DNA of 64,000 nt, taken from positions 258,571 through 322,570 of IMG/VR virus record IMGVR_UViG_3300010224_000001; one strand, 5' to 3'. A program made the translations under genes and the position numbers. This DNA is from a virus. Below, piece by piece: positions 17,860 to 27,341 of this stretch; positions within the stretch are counted from its first letter, which is position 1; every line of letters begins with the position of its first letter. Below the pieces are notes generated by a model, which did not search any database, was not told the origin of the DNA, and saw only the letters and a program-made list of their open reading frames with translations.

Positions 17860-18765
17860 TTAAAATTCGATTTCTTCTTCCAGGATACGACGGACTTCCA
17901 TCCAGACTTTACCCATGCGGTTTTCACCTTGCCATTTATCAGGATCGTGAATACGTTCATCATCCTTAGCAATGCCAACACCCCATTTGGTATCACTCTT
18001 ACTGGCTTCAACTAAAAGCTTACCTTTAGTCGCCATTAAGTATTCGTAAACGTCTTTGTGTTCCCTAGCTTTTTGTAAACAAGCTTTGACGAGTAAAGCA
18101 TCGGCTCTCTCATTCCATAAAGCGTCATTGTAAGGAGTTACTAGACGACCTAACTCTTTACATTTTGCTGGATCTTTCTCTTGCAGAATTAATGCGGCAT
18201 TGACGTCATCTTTCATCAGCTTGGCTTTACAGTACATCATGAAGCATTCGACTGTATGAAAGTAAACATCTTTTAACGTAAAACCACGACCGTTCCAATT
18301 CGAGAGTAAATCTTCTTTACCATGGAAAGCTACGACTTCTTTCTTACGACGTGGAACAGTGTGTTTGGGAAATGGGACTTTCCCATTAGGACGAGTTAAC
18401 TCACCCACTATAACAACAGTATGTCCTTCTGATTCTAGATAATCCTTGGCTTTATAAATGAACATATGCCGGTGGCAGTATTCTCCCTTACGGCAGTAGC
18501 AAGCAAACGCTACCCGAGTATGTTCTTTCAGCATCTGCCAAATATGACCAGCTTCTGCACGCGAACGTTGCATCCGTTCGTTATAGATTGCTGTATATTG
18601 AGTCTGCGTTAATTCGCCATCTTTATAACGCATGACGTCAGACATCTTCGGAGAGAAAGCTTTCACTCCAGATGCGGCAGTAATATCTAGAAGCTCTACA
18701 TTGGATTCTCTGGCAATCCGCCATTGTGCTAATTGAATCGTGTAGAGGTAATAAACTTGTCCCAT
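17860..18765 (-). CDS. DUF488-like domain fused to a NADAR ADP-ribosyl-hydrolase domain
   Basis: N-terminal ACYC...CHRH; C-terminal TVECFMMYCKA, KELGR, LVEAS.SD.KWGVG, GENRMG. Confidence 0.85.
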   Translation of the reverse strand: MGQVYYLYTIQLAQWRIARESNVELLDITAASGVKAFSPKMSDVMRYKDGELTQTQYTAIYNERMQRSRAEAGHIWQMLKEHTRVAFACYCRKGEYCHRHMFIYKAKDYLESEGHTVVIVGELTRPNGKVPFPKHTVPRRKKEVVAFHGKEDLLSNWNGRGFTLKDVYFHTVECFMMYCKAKLMKDDVNAALILQEKDPAKCKELGRLVTPYNDALWNERADALLVKACLQKAREHKDVYEYLMATKGKLLVEASKSDTKWGVGIAKDDERIHDPDKWQGENRMGKVWMEVRRILEEEIEF

Positions 18766-18796
18766 ATTTCATTCCCTTGTTATGCTAACGGTATAA

Positions 18797-18833
18797 ATCC
18801 CACTCCCTGACGTTGCAGTCGGAGAGTGGGGAT
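18797..18833 (-). terminator. hairpin terminator
   Basis: CCCACTC/GAGTGGG inverted repeat. Confidence 0.6.
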
Positions 18834-18869
18834 AAAACGTTACTACTACCTCAGCATACCATTTGTGAA

Positions 18870-19586
18870 TCAAGCATCGGATTGCGAATTACCTTCAGCT
18901 GCAGCTAAGATCTGTTTGTTGTTCTCAACCACACGCTGAGCAAAGCCGAGCACAGAACCCATGCCAGAGTAAGGATTTGCACCTTGCATGCTCATGCCGG
19001 AGAGAACTTCTTTAGCTTTATCGAGAACAGGGTTATTACCACTGATATCGTAATTAGCCATCATTGGTTTAACACTGCCGTTGAAACTAAAGCCGCAGTA
19101 AACAACATCATCAGGAAAAGGCACTGTCTTATCCAGGAAGGAACGAGGACCTTCAAAACTGGCTACCGCGCTCACCTTAAAGATCCACGCATCCACGACT
19201 TGTGTGCGAGTTAGATCAGGTTCAATTGCAATGAATGTAAACAAATCGTCATTGAATTGAAACTTATTTTTCAAAGTTACCAAACGATGAATGGTAGACG
19301 TGATAGCTTTACCAAAAATTTCTTTGGCGCGGAAATGGGGTCGGCATTCGTGGAATGGCTTGCTTGGTTGATATGAATTGAAATGTAGATTATTATCAAA
19401 TCCTTCAACGTTCTCTACATAAATCTCAATCAATGCCGTTATGGCAGCTGCAAGCTGAGTACTGTACTTAGAGATGTTCTCATCTAGAACCTTAATGACC
19501 AGGTTCCTGCCAACATACTTCTGTTTACCGATAAACTCAGCAGTAAGCTCAGGCAATACCAGATCGCCATTTTCATTTGCATGCAT
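18870..19586 (-). CDS. hypothetical protein
   Basis: 238-aa ORF with RBS. Confidence 0.75.
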   Translation of the reverse strand: MHANENGDLVLPELTAEFIGKQKYVGRNLVIKVLDENISKYSTQLAAAITALIEIYVENVEGFDNNLHFNSYQPSKPFHECRPHFRAKEIFGKAITSTIHRLVTLKNKFQFNDDLFTFIAIEPDLTRTQVVDAWIFKVSAVASFEGPRSFLDKTVPFPDDVVYCGFSFNGSVKPMMANYDISGNNPVLDKAKEVLSGMSMQGANPYSGMGSVLGFAQRVVENNKQILAAAEGNSQSDA

Positions 19587-19589
19587 GGT

Positions 19590-20171
19590 TTAAGCTTCCT
19601 TATCCGGAGCGCTAGCAACAGGCTCATGCAGCAGGACATGGATGACGTTAACGTATTCTTCGTCATCAGCCAGAACGAATACCCACGAATCGCTAATCGC
19701 GCGTTTAGTGGCATAGCACTTGACAGCTTTCGTGCTAATCACACGCAACAGCGGCAGCAGTGAAGACAGAGCGGATTTATGATCACCGTTCGGAACCAAT
19801 TCGTTGTGACGAGTAAAAGCCGTCTGGAGCGACTCAATGACGACTGCCGATTCAACTTGTTCGTAAGCATCCTGGATGCCGTCATGCTGCAGTTCTTTAT
19901 CGATGGCGATGTCGATAACGTCTTCACCTTCAACAACGATCGTGGCAGATTCGCACAGACGCTGCACCTTGCCTTCCTTCACCTCAACAACCAGATCATA
20001 GTTCACACTATGCTTGGCGCCAAACGAACGCTCTTTCATGTAGCTACGCAGTTGGCGATTCGTCGTCAGAGCTTCTTTACTGTACAGCGGATCGACGTGA
20101 TACTCGATGAAAGCTGTAGCGGTTTTGTGGAAATCGAAAGCTGCGTGTTGAATTACGAAGTTTGCGTACAT
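19590..20171 (-). CDS. hypothetical protein
   Basis: 193-aa ORF with RBS. Confidence 0.75.
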   Translation of the reverse strand: MYANFVIQHAAFDFHKTATAFIEYHVDPLYSKEALTTNRQLRSYMKERSFGAKHSVNYDLVVEVKEGKVQRLCESATIVVEGEDVIDIAIDKELQHDGIQDAYEQVESAVVIESLQTAFTRHNELVPNGDHKSALSSLLPLLRVISTKAVKCYATKRAISDSWVFVLADDEEYVNVIHVLLHEPVASAPDKEA

Positions 20172-20192
20172 CTATTCTTCCTTTGTGTGGTG

Positions 20193-20435
20193 TTACTGTT
20201 GAGTTTGATCAACGCTTTCAATAATCGCAACGACTGTTGCAACATCATCAGCGACCTGAGATTCTTGGTTATTGTGGAGACTACAACGCCAACGTGGATT
20301 GACGCCTTGACCTTTACCGCCAGTGCGATAAATGGCGATGCCTTGTCTTGGACCCTGCTGGCAGATTTCACAGCAGTGTTGGCTTACAGCAGGGATTAAC
20401 AAGTCTGGATTCATTATTGAATTACTCATCGCCAT
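20193..20435 (-). CDS. small Zn-finger-like protein
   Basis: CCEIC...WRCSLH. Confidence 0.6.
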   Translation of the reverse strand: MAMSNSIMNPDLLIPAVSQHCCEICQQGPRQGIAIYRTGGKGQGVNPRWRCSLHNNQESQVADDVATVVAIIESVDQTQQ

Positions 20436-20791
20436 GTCTCACGGTCTCTAGGAGCCTCTGCTTCAGGGCGAGGTTCCGGATTGTTATAACGAATTTCATC
20501 ATCCGCTAAACGCTTTTGCACCACTTTAGGATTACAGTGAGCGCAATGCTTGCGTCTCTTTAAACCCACGAAAGGGTGGTGGCATGTAGCGCAGGTAATC
20601 TTACCAACGTTCTTCTTACCAGTATCACAGAGCCAATCGCGGTTAACTGGCTTCTTGTCTGGCTCGTGTGTTTCTTTCTTTTTCTTTGCACCAGCGTTTA
20701 CTGTACCTTGGGCAGCTAACGCAAGTAATGTCGCAGATAATAAAGCGCGTTGGTAACTTTTCATTTTATCACCCCTAGTTGAGAAGGACAT
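20426..20791 (-). CDS. hypothetical protein with a hydrophobic N-terminus and CxxC pairs
   Basis: CATC...CAHC. Confidence 0.6.
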   Translation of the reverse strand: MSFSTRGDKMKSYQRALLSATLLALAAQGTVNAGAKKKKETHEPDKKPVNRDWLCDTGKKNVGKITCATCHHPFVGLKRRKHCAHCNPKVVQKRLADDEIRYNNPEPRPEAEAPRDRETWR

Positions 20792-20812
20792 CCATACTGA
20801 TGTCGAACTTAA

Positions 20813-21022
20813 TTAAGAGGCACAAAGAGGTAGGGTGTGGTCTGTTGGTTCATTCCCCGTAATGCGCGTAGACTCAAGCCATTTCTTAAAGAACTCTGTA
20901 ATAGCCAGACCGGTTTGGGGCGGATAAGTTTCTATGTAAGTAACAGTAAACGATCCGTAATGACGGTAACGACGCTTTCCATTTGGCCAATAGTAGTTGA
21001 GCCGTTTCTTTCGCATGTTCAT
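20813..21022 (-). CDS. small basic protein (MNMRKKRLNYYW...)
   Basis: ATG at 21022; N-terminus similar to the upstream ORF. Confidence 0.55.
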   Translation of the reverse strand: MNMRKKRLNYYWPNGKRRYRHYGSFTVTYIETYPPQTGLAITEFFKKWLESTRITGNEPTDHTLPLCAS

Positions 21023-21026
21023 GTGT

Positions 21027-21182
21027 TTAACGCTTATTAAATTCAATCTCAGCTAATACCTTCTCGGCAAATGAATCTACACCAAGACCGTATTGAACAA
21101 TAGTAACCCTCGCTGGGACAGGTGGCTTAACTCTAAGGACTGGTAACCAATAATGCTTATAGCGTCGTTTGCGCATGTTCAT
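21027..21182 (-). CDS. small basic protein (MNMRKRRYKHYW..., 51 aa)
   Basis: ATGA overlap with the upstream gene; not in the ORF track. Confidence 0.55.
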   Translation of the reverse strand: MNMRKRRYKHYWLPVLRVKPPVPARVTIVQYGLGVDSFAEKVLAEIEFNKR

Positions 21183-21565
21183 AGGTACTTGATCGACAGG
21201 TAGTTAATTGCAAGGTGAAGGAAGTTATCAAAGATAATCATTAACCATACCGACATCCAAGGTGGCATATCGTTCGAGTAACCTGTCTTGTTGCAGTCTT
21301 CCCACTTGATGTTACGATCATCAATCCAGTTCTTTGCGAAGATCAGATACTTCGCTAATCTGAAGCGATCAATTACTACATGGGTCGAAAACATGACAAA
21401 CCATGCAAGTACTGAAATAGGGAGGAATAAGATGAATGGTCCGGAGTAAATGAAACCATGTAGAATAGCTGCATCCCATCTACTCGTTTTATCTTTTGCT
21501 ATTCTATCAGTCTGGGTAACATAGTCACCAAAAATATGCAGAAGTAACTGCTCGTAACCGCCCAT
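21179..21565 (-). CDS. DUF3307-like membrane protein
   Basis: HIFGDY.TQ, HG.IY, H..ID, DNFLH motifs. Confidence 0.8.
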   Translation of the reverse strand: MGGYEQLLLHIFGDYVTQTDRIAKDKTSRWDAAILHGFIYSGPFILFLPISVLAWFVMFSTHVVIDRFRLAKYLIFAKNWIDDRNIKWEDCNKTGYSNDMPPWMSVWLMIIFDNFLHLAINYLSIKYL

Positions 21566-21567
21566 GT

Positions 21568-21813
21568 TTAATCCTTAGGAAATGGTACTTCTTCTTTCTT
21601 TGTTTTGATTAAGTCATCAAGCAAAGTGACATAACCCTTTATTCTGCGCATATTACCGTTCACTATTAGTCTTCGTTGTGGCGGTGCAGTAAGTACAAAC
21701 GGCTCGTAATTGGTAACCTGGTCTTGAGCTAATTGTCGAATATGTTCGAGTTTGCTAAGACTTAACGTCTCTAACTTCTTGTAAAATTTATGATTAATTC
21801 TAATTTCAGCCAT
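21568..21813 (-). CDS. hypothetical protein
   Basis: 81-aa ORF with AGGA RBS. Confidence 0.65.
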   Translation of the reverse strand: MAEIRINHKFYKKLETLSLSKLEHIRQLAQDQVTNYEPFVLTAPPQRRLIVNGNMRRIKGYVTLLDDLIKTKKEEVPFPKD

Positions 21814-21868
21814 AATACATCCTAAACACCACTAGCCAATGAAGGCTAGTGGCTTTATGACGCTTGAA

Positions 21869-22771
21869 TTACTTAGCGTTCAGGAAAGGAATTGGAGCAC
21901 TGCCGTACATCGTTTGCGGAAGTTTACCATCCCACTTCTCAGCACGCATGGCTTCCACTTCGATGCGACGCAGTTCCAGCAGATCTTTGTTCTGCGCGAG
22001 CGCTTGAGCTTTAACACGGATTGCTTGAGCTTCCGCTTCCGCAGCTTTCGTCACCGCATAGGCTTGGCCATCAGCCGTCTTCTGTGCAGCCGTAGCTTCC
22101 GCTTCTGCGATCGCCACTTTCTGTTTCTGTTCAGATTCGACAGTTTTCAGTTTGTTGTCAGCAGCTTGGCGTTTCTGCTCTTGAGTGACTTTCTCAATGA
22201 TAGCGTCCATGTAGCTTTTCTGATAAGAAAAGCCAGTCATATCAATGCTGATGACGTGAGCGCCGTAGACGCTCAGTTTACTGTCGAGAAGAGCACGTAC
22301 TGCTTTAGACACATCAGTACGTTTAGCAATCAAATCAGTAGCAGTGTAATTGGCTGTTACAGAACGGAACACTTCTTGCGTAGCGCTGTCCACGTTCGAG
22401 CTGAGGTCGCCGTTGTGCGTATACTTTTCAAACACTTCAGCCATACGAGCTGGAGTAATCGCATAGCGGACCGTCAGACTAACAAAAACTGGCTGAGTAT
22501 CGCTTGTACCGCCTTCGGCATTTTGGATCTTTGCTTCTTGGGCACGAAGATTGAAGAGGTTCATCTCTTCCCACGGCCACACCCATGCAGGACCTTCAGA
22601 GGTAGAGCGCACAATGGCACCCAGTCGCGTTACAACGCCACCAAAACCAGTAGGAACAGTACGGATAGGACGGAAGCTCCACAGGAACATCAGAGCGATA
22701 AGAACGACAGCGATCTTGATATACAGTTTCATACCAAGTTTCACATTGCGCAGTTGTTGAGGATTAATCAT
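21869..22771 (-). CDS. SPFH/prohibitin (band 7) membrane protein
   Basis: N-terminal TM, VPTG..GVV, AEAEA coiled coil, EKWDGKLP C-terminus. Confidence 0.92.
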   Translation of the reverse strand: MINPQQLRNVKLGMKLYIKIAVVLIALMFLWSFRPIRTVPTGFGGVVTRLGAIVRSTSEGPAWVWPWEEMNLFNLRAQEAKIQNAEGGTSDTQPVFVSLTVRYAITPARMAEVFEKYTHNGDLSSNVDSATQEVFRSVTANYTATDLIAKRTDVSKAVRALLDSKLSVYGAHVISIDMTGFSYQKSYMDAIIEKVTQEQKRQAADNKLKTVESEQKQKVAIAEAEATAAQKTADGQAYAVTKAAEAEAQAIRVKAQALAQNKDLLELRRIEVEAMRAEKWDGKLPQTMYGSAPIPFLNAK

Positions 22772-22861
22772 GTTTCTTCTTTTATCCTAGAGATGGAAAA
22801 GGTTTGTTACGCCATAAATACCCTACCCCTTACAACTGGGGTAGGGCTGCACTACTACCGC

Positions 22862-24331
22862 TTAGTCAATACCTTCAAGAGCACGAACGCAAACGTCCTC
22901 TTCGAATTTCTGACGCCATTCACGACGACCTTCGTTCAACCACAGGCGGTGTCCCGGACCTGGAGTAAAGAACGAATACAAGCTGTTCTCGTTAATAGCA
23001 TCATACACTTCGAGGTTACCGTTTTCATCTTCACGGCAACGCACCAGACCCGACAAGGATTTCTTACCAAGATCGGATTTCGGCTCTTTCAGAACACGTT
23101 TCCAGCCGCCGTCACGGAACTCAGCAATAACCTTCATGCTGAAGCTAAACCAGTCGCGGCTACCATCGTTAGCGATACCGCCACCGCAACCCAACAGGAA
23201 ATTGTCAACGCACCAGCCTTTATCGACAGCACCTTTAATGACAGACTCGAACGACTCTACGTTGATACCGTCACCATACAGCGCGCCAACGGCCCACGGC
23301 AGATTACGATAACCAGCGTCATTCGGAGTCGAACCAAAAGTCTCTTCCAGCCAGCCTAACACTTGCGCCAGCTTAGTAGTTGGGTCACCTGAGTCAGGAC
23401 GAGTCACAAGGCGAGCACCGCAGTTAAGGATTTCGTCCTTGAACTTCGGAATGAACTCCCTTACGAAACGTTCATCATCGTAGGTATCAGGAACAGCAGA
23501 AGCCACAGGAATACCAATACCGGCTTTGGCACGAGCCGCCACACGGTGCAGAAGTTCCATAACCATCTGCATAGCACCGAAGTCATCTTTTGCTTCAGCA
23601 TTAGAATTCAAGCACATGGTGGTGTGCTCGGTAGCTACAACAGAACTAGTGCGAGGTTTACCGGTGTTGTAGAGACGCTTAATGTACCCATTAGCGCGTC
23701 CACAATCGCTACCTTTGAAGATTGCCGCGTGCGCCATGCCTTTGAGAACAGGTGTTTCGTCCGGAGAATCTGCACCACGATCACCAAAGAAGTGTACGAA
23801 GTAATCAAGCATGGCCATGTTACCGCCAGTCATCTTGAAATACTTAGCAGCCACTTTACGCATATAGCGGCAAATCGAAGCAGTCGTCGACATCGACCAG
23901 ACCGTCGATTGAATCACTGGCTCAAAATACGGAACCAGCCATTTGACTTGTTCGTCTTCATGAGTAACAAGAAGAATCGGTGTTTGTGGTTTAACGATAC
24001 GACCTTCTTCCACACCAAAGAAAGTAAGGGGAATGCGACCACCGTAAACACGGAGGATGTATTCCCAACCTTCACGGTTGAAAGTATAACCTTGCTCAGT
24101 GACTTCAACTTCTGCTTCGTCAATCATCCACTGCTCGAGTCGCGCCGTAGCAAACACATGCGAAATAAAGGTTTGACCCATTGCGACGATTTCATCAGTA
24201 AACCACGTTTTCTTACGCGGCACTACTGCTGATACCAGTCGCTTAGATTTCTTAGGCATCTGATAGACGTGGTCGAACTTGTAGGTGTCACACCAGAGGA
24301 TGATATTGAAAGGTTTAATAAGTTCTAACAT
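22862..24331 (-). CDS. nadV: nicotinamide phosphoribosyltransferase (NAMPT)
   Basis: DTYKFDH, HFFGDRG, F.GSD, ATEHT, DTYD, RPDSGDP, GDG, GCGG, KKSLSG. Confidence 0.93.
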   Translation of the reverse strand: MLELIKPFNIILWCDTYKFDHVYQMPKKSKRLVSAVVPRKKTWFTDEIVAMGQTFISHVFATARLEQWMIDEAEVEVTEQGYTFNREGWEYILRVYGGRIPLTFFGVEEGRIVKPQTPILLVTHEDEQVKWLVPYFEPVIQSTVWSMSTTASICRYMRKVAAKYFKMTGGNMAMLDYFVHFFGDRGADSPDETPVLKGMAHAAIFKGSDCGRANGYIKRLYNTGKPRTSSVVATEHTTMCLNSNAEAKDDFGAMQMVMELLHRVAARAKAGIGIPVASAVPDTYDDERFVREFIPKFKDEILNCGARLVTRPDSGDPTTKLAQVLGWLEETFGSTPNDAGYRNLPWAVGALYGDGINVESFESVIKGAVDKGWCVDNFLLGCGGGIANDGSRDWFSFSMKVIAEFRDGGWKRVLKEPKSDLGKKSLSGLVRCREDENGNLEVYDAINENSLYSFFTPGPGHRLWLNEGRREWRQKFEEDVCVRALEGID

Positions 24332-24397
24332 GATAATTGAATCCCAATTATTTACGTCACCAGTGAGGGACTGGTAAGCCCGTTCTTGTTTGTGGTA

Positions 24398-25492
24398 TTA
24401 GACGAAGTACTCAACCATATCTGGATGGTCGTCGTACATAATCTCTTTAGCGCTCAGGATGTGGCCAGTCGGAATCCAATCCACGCCGTTATTTGGCAGC
24501 CAAGTTGCTTTCGCATCATCGCCACCTTTAGCACGAGGCGGATTACCATGATCATCACGCGGTTCCAACTTGAAGTAGAAACCATGAGTGACACGAGGGA
24601 TACCGTTATTGCGCGCTGGGTGATCAAACACATGTTGCTTACGCAGAGCAAGCCGCAGCGTTTTCTCAGATACACGCAAATTGGTTTCTTCGTAGATTTC
24701 CTTAATCACTGAATCAAACAGCGACAAGTTTCTCTCTTTGAAACCACCTGGTAATGCACGGCAACCATAACCAGGACCATGTTCATTTGCACGAGTCACA
24801 GTCAGGATATGTCCAGCACACTCAATAATCGCATCCACACAAATGAAGCTGAGCGTATCCTGGTAGGGATAGTCTTTGAACTTCTCTGTCTCGCTAAGGT
24901 AATAGCGATAATCACGCTGTGCGTTCGTATCGAACTCACGGTGTTCCAGGAAGATCTTCATCTGCGGTGGCAGGTGTTGATCTAAGAGTATACTGTTGCC
25001 AAGCTTTTGCTCGTTAGCGAACCACTCATCGCGCAGACGAGTAGCGTCGATATCAACCTGAACACCCAAATCACGACGTTTCCATTGCGGGAACTTCTTG
25101 AGATAGTAAGTAGTCTGATCTTTATCTTGACCGTACAGCGTTACGTTAGAATCATGAATACCGTTAGGTACTGCAAATTCATACACGTGTCGCTGTACCT
25201 CTGACTCCCAACGTGCTTCCTTGTAAAGATTATCAAACAGAGGCACAATCGAATAGTTACTCGTGAAAGTCGCGAGCACATGTTCGAGCACACGTTTACG
25301 TTCGATAAAATCAAAAGGATTCTTGTTGGACTTACGACGGTTCGCAGATCCAATCAGAATAAGCAAGTGGGTATTCTCTTTTGCCATTTCTTTGAGCATG
25401 CGAACATGTTCATTGTGCAGCATAGAGAAACGAGCAATTACCACAGCTAAAGTTTTACCACTAAAGTTTTGACTGCTAGTTACAATTTGCAT
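24398..25492 (-). CDS. bifunctional NMN adenylyltransferase / ADP-ribose Nudix hydrolase (NadM-Nudix)
   Basis: RFSMLHNEH (HxGH variant), IGSAN..KNPF..ER, ATRLR; ALPGGF...KEIYEET Nudix box, GGDDA, DH. Confidence 0.9.
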   Translation of the reverse strand: MQIVTSSQNFSGKTLAVVIARFSMLHNEHVRMLKEMAKENTHLLILIGSANRRKSNKNPFDFIERKRVLEHVLATFTSNYSIVPLFDNLYKEARWESEVQRHVYEFAVPNGIHDSNVTLYGQDKDQTTYYLKKFPQWKRRDLGVQVDIDATRLRDEWFANEQKLGNSILLDQHLPPQMKIFLEHREFDTNAQRDYRYYLSETEKFKDYPYQDTLSFICVDAIIECAGHILTVTRANEHGPGYGCRALPGGFKERNLSLFDSVIKEIYEETNLRVSEKTLRLALRKQHVFDHPARNNGIPRVTHGFYFKLEPRDDHGNPPRAKGGDDAKATWLPNNGVDWIPTGHILSAKEIMYDDHPDMVEYFV

Positions 25493-25585
25493 TTTCGTAT
25501 CCCGAAAAATAAGTGCACCTATTCGAAGGCGTGCACGATTCCTCTACTTCTCAAACGATGTTGCTATTAGGTAAAAATTTCCTAT

Positions 25586-26056
25586 TTACAACGATTCTTC
25601 TGCGCGCTTCTTAATTGCTGCTAAGTCAAGAGCAATCTCTTGCTCAGAGTCCTCCGACCATCGCATCCAAGACCCGCCATTAATTCCATTTCCAACGGAC
25701 CTTACTAATGTTTCACAGGTCTGCAAATTAATCAGAAGTTCAACACGCTCGTCACAAATAGAAGCAAACAGAGTACGCTCTTTAACAAGATGACTATCCC
25801 AAGCTGCTATCTCAAAATTCGTATTGAAGAATATCGGGTTAGGGAAACTAGGAAAGTCAGTAAGAGCATTAGCGTGATAATCACCACTACCGTAAAGGGA
25901 GTCAGTATAGTAGTAAGGCTTACTATTGTATTTCACTTCTCCCGTGGCAGATGGCATGTAACTCTTATTAAGACGTTCACGTAAGACTTGAAGTACTTCC
26001 TGCAGCTTAACTTTAGGAAGTACGATTTGCGGTAAATCAAACGGCGAAGTCGACAT
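25586..26056 (-). CDS. hypothetical protein
   Basis: 156-aa ORF. Confidence 0.7.
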   Translation of the reverse strand: MSTSPFDLPQIVLPKVKLQEVLQVLRERLNKSYMPSATGEVKYNSKPYYYTDSLYGSGDYHANALTDFPSFPNPIFFNTNFEIAAWDSHLVKERTLFASICDERVELLINLQTCETLVRSVGNGINGGSWMRWSEDSEQEIALDLAAIKKRAEESL

Positions 26057-26057
26057 A

Positions 26058-26735
26058 TTACTTTCCGCGGTAGGTAACCTTCATTGCACTACTAGAGGAC
26101 GAAGACGAAGAACCATAGCTCAACTTAGGAGCAGCATACGACGTCGTTTGTTTCGGAGCGTAAGATACTTGCGCAGGCTTACTCAGATCTACTCGAGCGG
26201 GAGCAGGCAATGCTTTCGGAGCAGCAGCGTAAGTAAGAGCCGGTACTGCCGGTTTGGCTAGTGCAACTTGAGTTACAGGAGCAGGCATGGATTTAACAAC
26301 TGGAACTGGATTGGAAGTACCAGGAATAGCGAAACTCGTAACTTTGGGCGCAGCTGGTTGAACAACAGCCGGAGCAACTGCAGCTACAGCGGACGCGGCC
26401 GGTTGCACAGGTGCTGCCACTACGTTGTTATTCACTACAACGGTCTTGTTAACAATCTTGGTGACTTGTTGCGGTTGTGATTGAATGGCAGGAGCTTGAT
26501 AGTAACGATCACGACCATTGTCACTCAGAGCGGTAGCGGCAACTGCGCCAATAGCCGCACCTGCCAGAAGGGCGCCAGCATCACTGTGATTATCAGCTTG
26601 CTGCACAACGACAGTCGGCGCAGGCTGCTGAACCACGACAGGAGCCGGTTGTTGATATTGAACTTGTTGTTGCGGTTGACCATCGCAGCCAGCCAGGAGA
26701 GCTACAACAGCAAACAGAGTTGCGAATTTCTTCAT
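26058..26735 (-). CDS. lipoprotein, low-complexity Q/P/A/V-rich
   Basis: MKK...LLAGC lipobox and a glycine-zipper-like segment. Confidence 0.8.
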   Translation of the reverse strand: MKKFATLFAVVALLAGCDGQPQQQVQYQQPAPVVVQQPAPTVVVQQADNHSDAGALLAGAAIGAVAATALSDNGRDRYYQAPAIQSQPQQVTKIVNKTVVVNNNVVAAPVQPAASAVAAVAPAVVQPAAPKVTSFAIPGTSNPVPVVKSMPAPVTQVALAKPAVPALTYAAAPKALPAPARVDLSKPAQVSYAPKQTTSYAAPKLSYGSSSSSSSSAMKVTYRGK

Positions 26736-26799
26736 GGTAATTCCTTTCAGGATGAAATAGGGTAATCCTCGACCTCACAAAGAAGTCGAGGTGTTCTTC

Positions 26800-27063
26800 T
26801 TAGAGCTTAACGCAGGAAATGGCTACCGTTGGATTCTCCGTCCCGCCATAACCAATACTAGAAGCTGTCGTGCACTTAATGCCGTCATCGGTCCAAGTAT
26901 TAACTTGGATATTGCGAGTACCCAAACCTTTAAAAGTAAAAACTTTCATGTCGGTAGTTACAGCAGGAATAACAGCAGCTTTTGGTTTGTCAACATTAAT
27001 AGCTAGCCAAACCACAATACCAATCAGACTAACTTTGAGAATATCTTTAGCGATTGATTTCAT
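26800..27063 (-). CDS. small membrane-anchored protein
   Basis: N-terminal TM, two Cys; ATGA coupling. Confidence 0.7.
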   Translation of the reverse strand: MKSIAKDILKVSLIGIVVWLAINVDKPKAAVIPAVTTDMKVFTFKGLGTRNIQVNTWTDDGIKCTTASSIGYGGTENPTVAISCVKL

Positions 27064-27338
27064 GTCTTGTCTTTCTCGACAGGCTGCCACTCTGGTAGAT
27101 CTAACTTGTCAATACCTTCGCCTGACAAGTAACCAATCACCCACCATTCGCGACCTTCTTTATATTCAGCCATCAGCGTATCGCCACGTGAGATTGAATA
27201 CTTGAAGAAACCTTCTCGGCTTTTACGTTCAACCATCCACGGATGATTCATTAATTCATCGAGTGAATTAAACGTAATCCTAACACGGTCTTCTTCATCC
27301 TGATCAACGAAACCAGGTACGTGTTGTGCAAATTCCAT
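27060..27338 (-). CDS. hypothetical protein
   Basis: 92-aa ORF. Confidence 0.7.
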   Translation of the reverse strand: MEFAQHVPGFVDQDEEDRVRITFNSLDELMNHPWMVERKSREGFFKYSISRGDTLMAEYKEGREWWVIGYLSGEGIDKLDLPEWQPVEKDKT

Positions 27339-27341
27339 TTG

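Noticed and set aside
21839-23359. 506-aa plus-strand ORF
   Set aside because: Antisense shadow of the SPFH and NAMPT genes; it crosses a hairpin and has no recognisable motifs or RBS.
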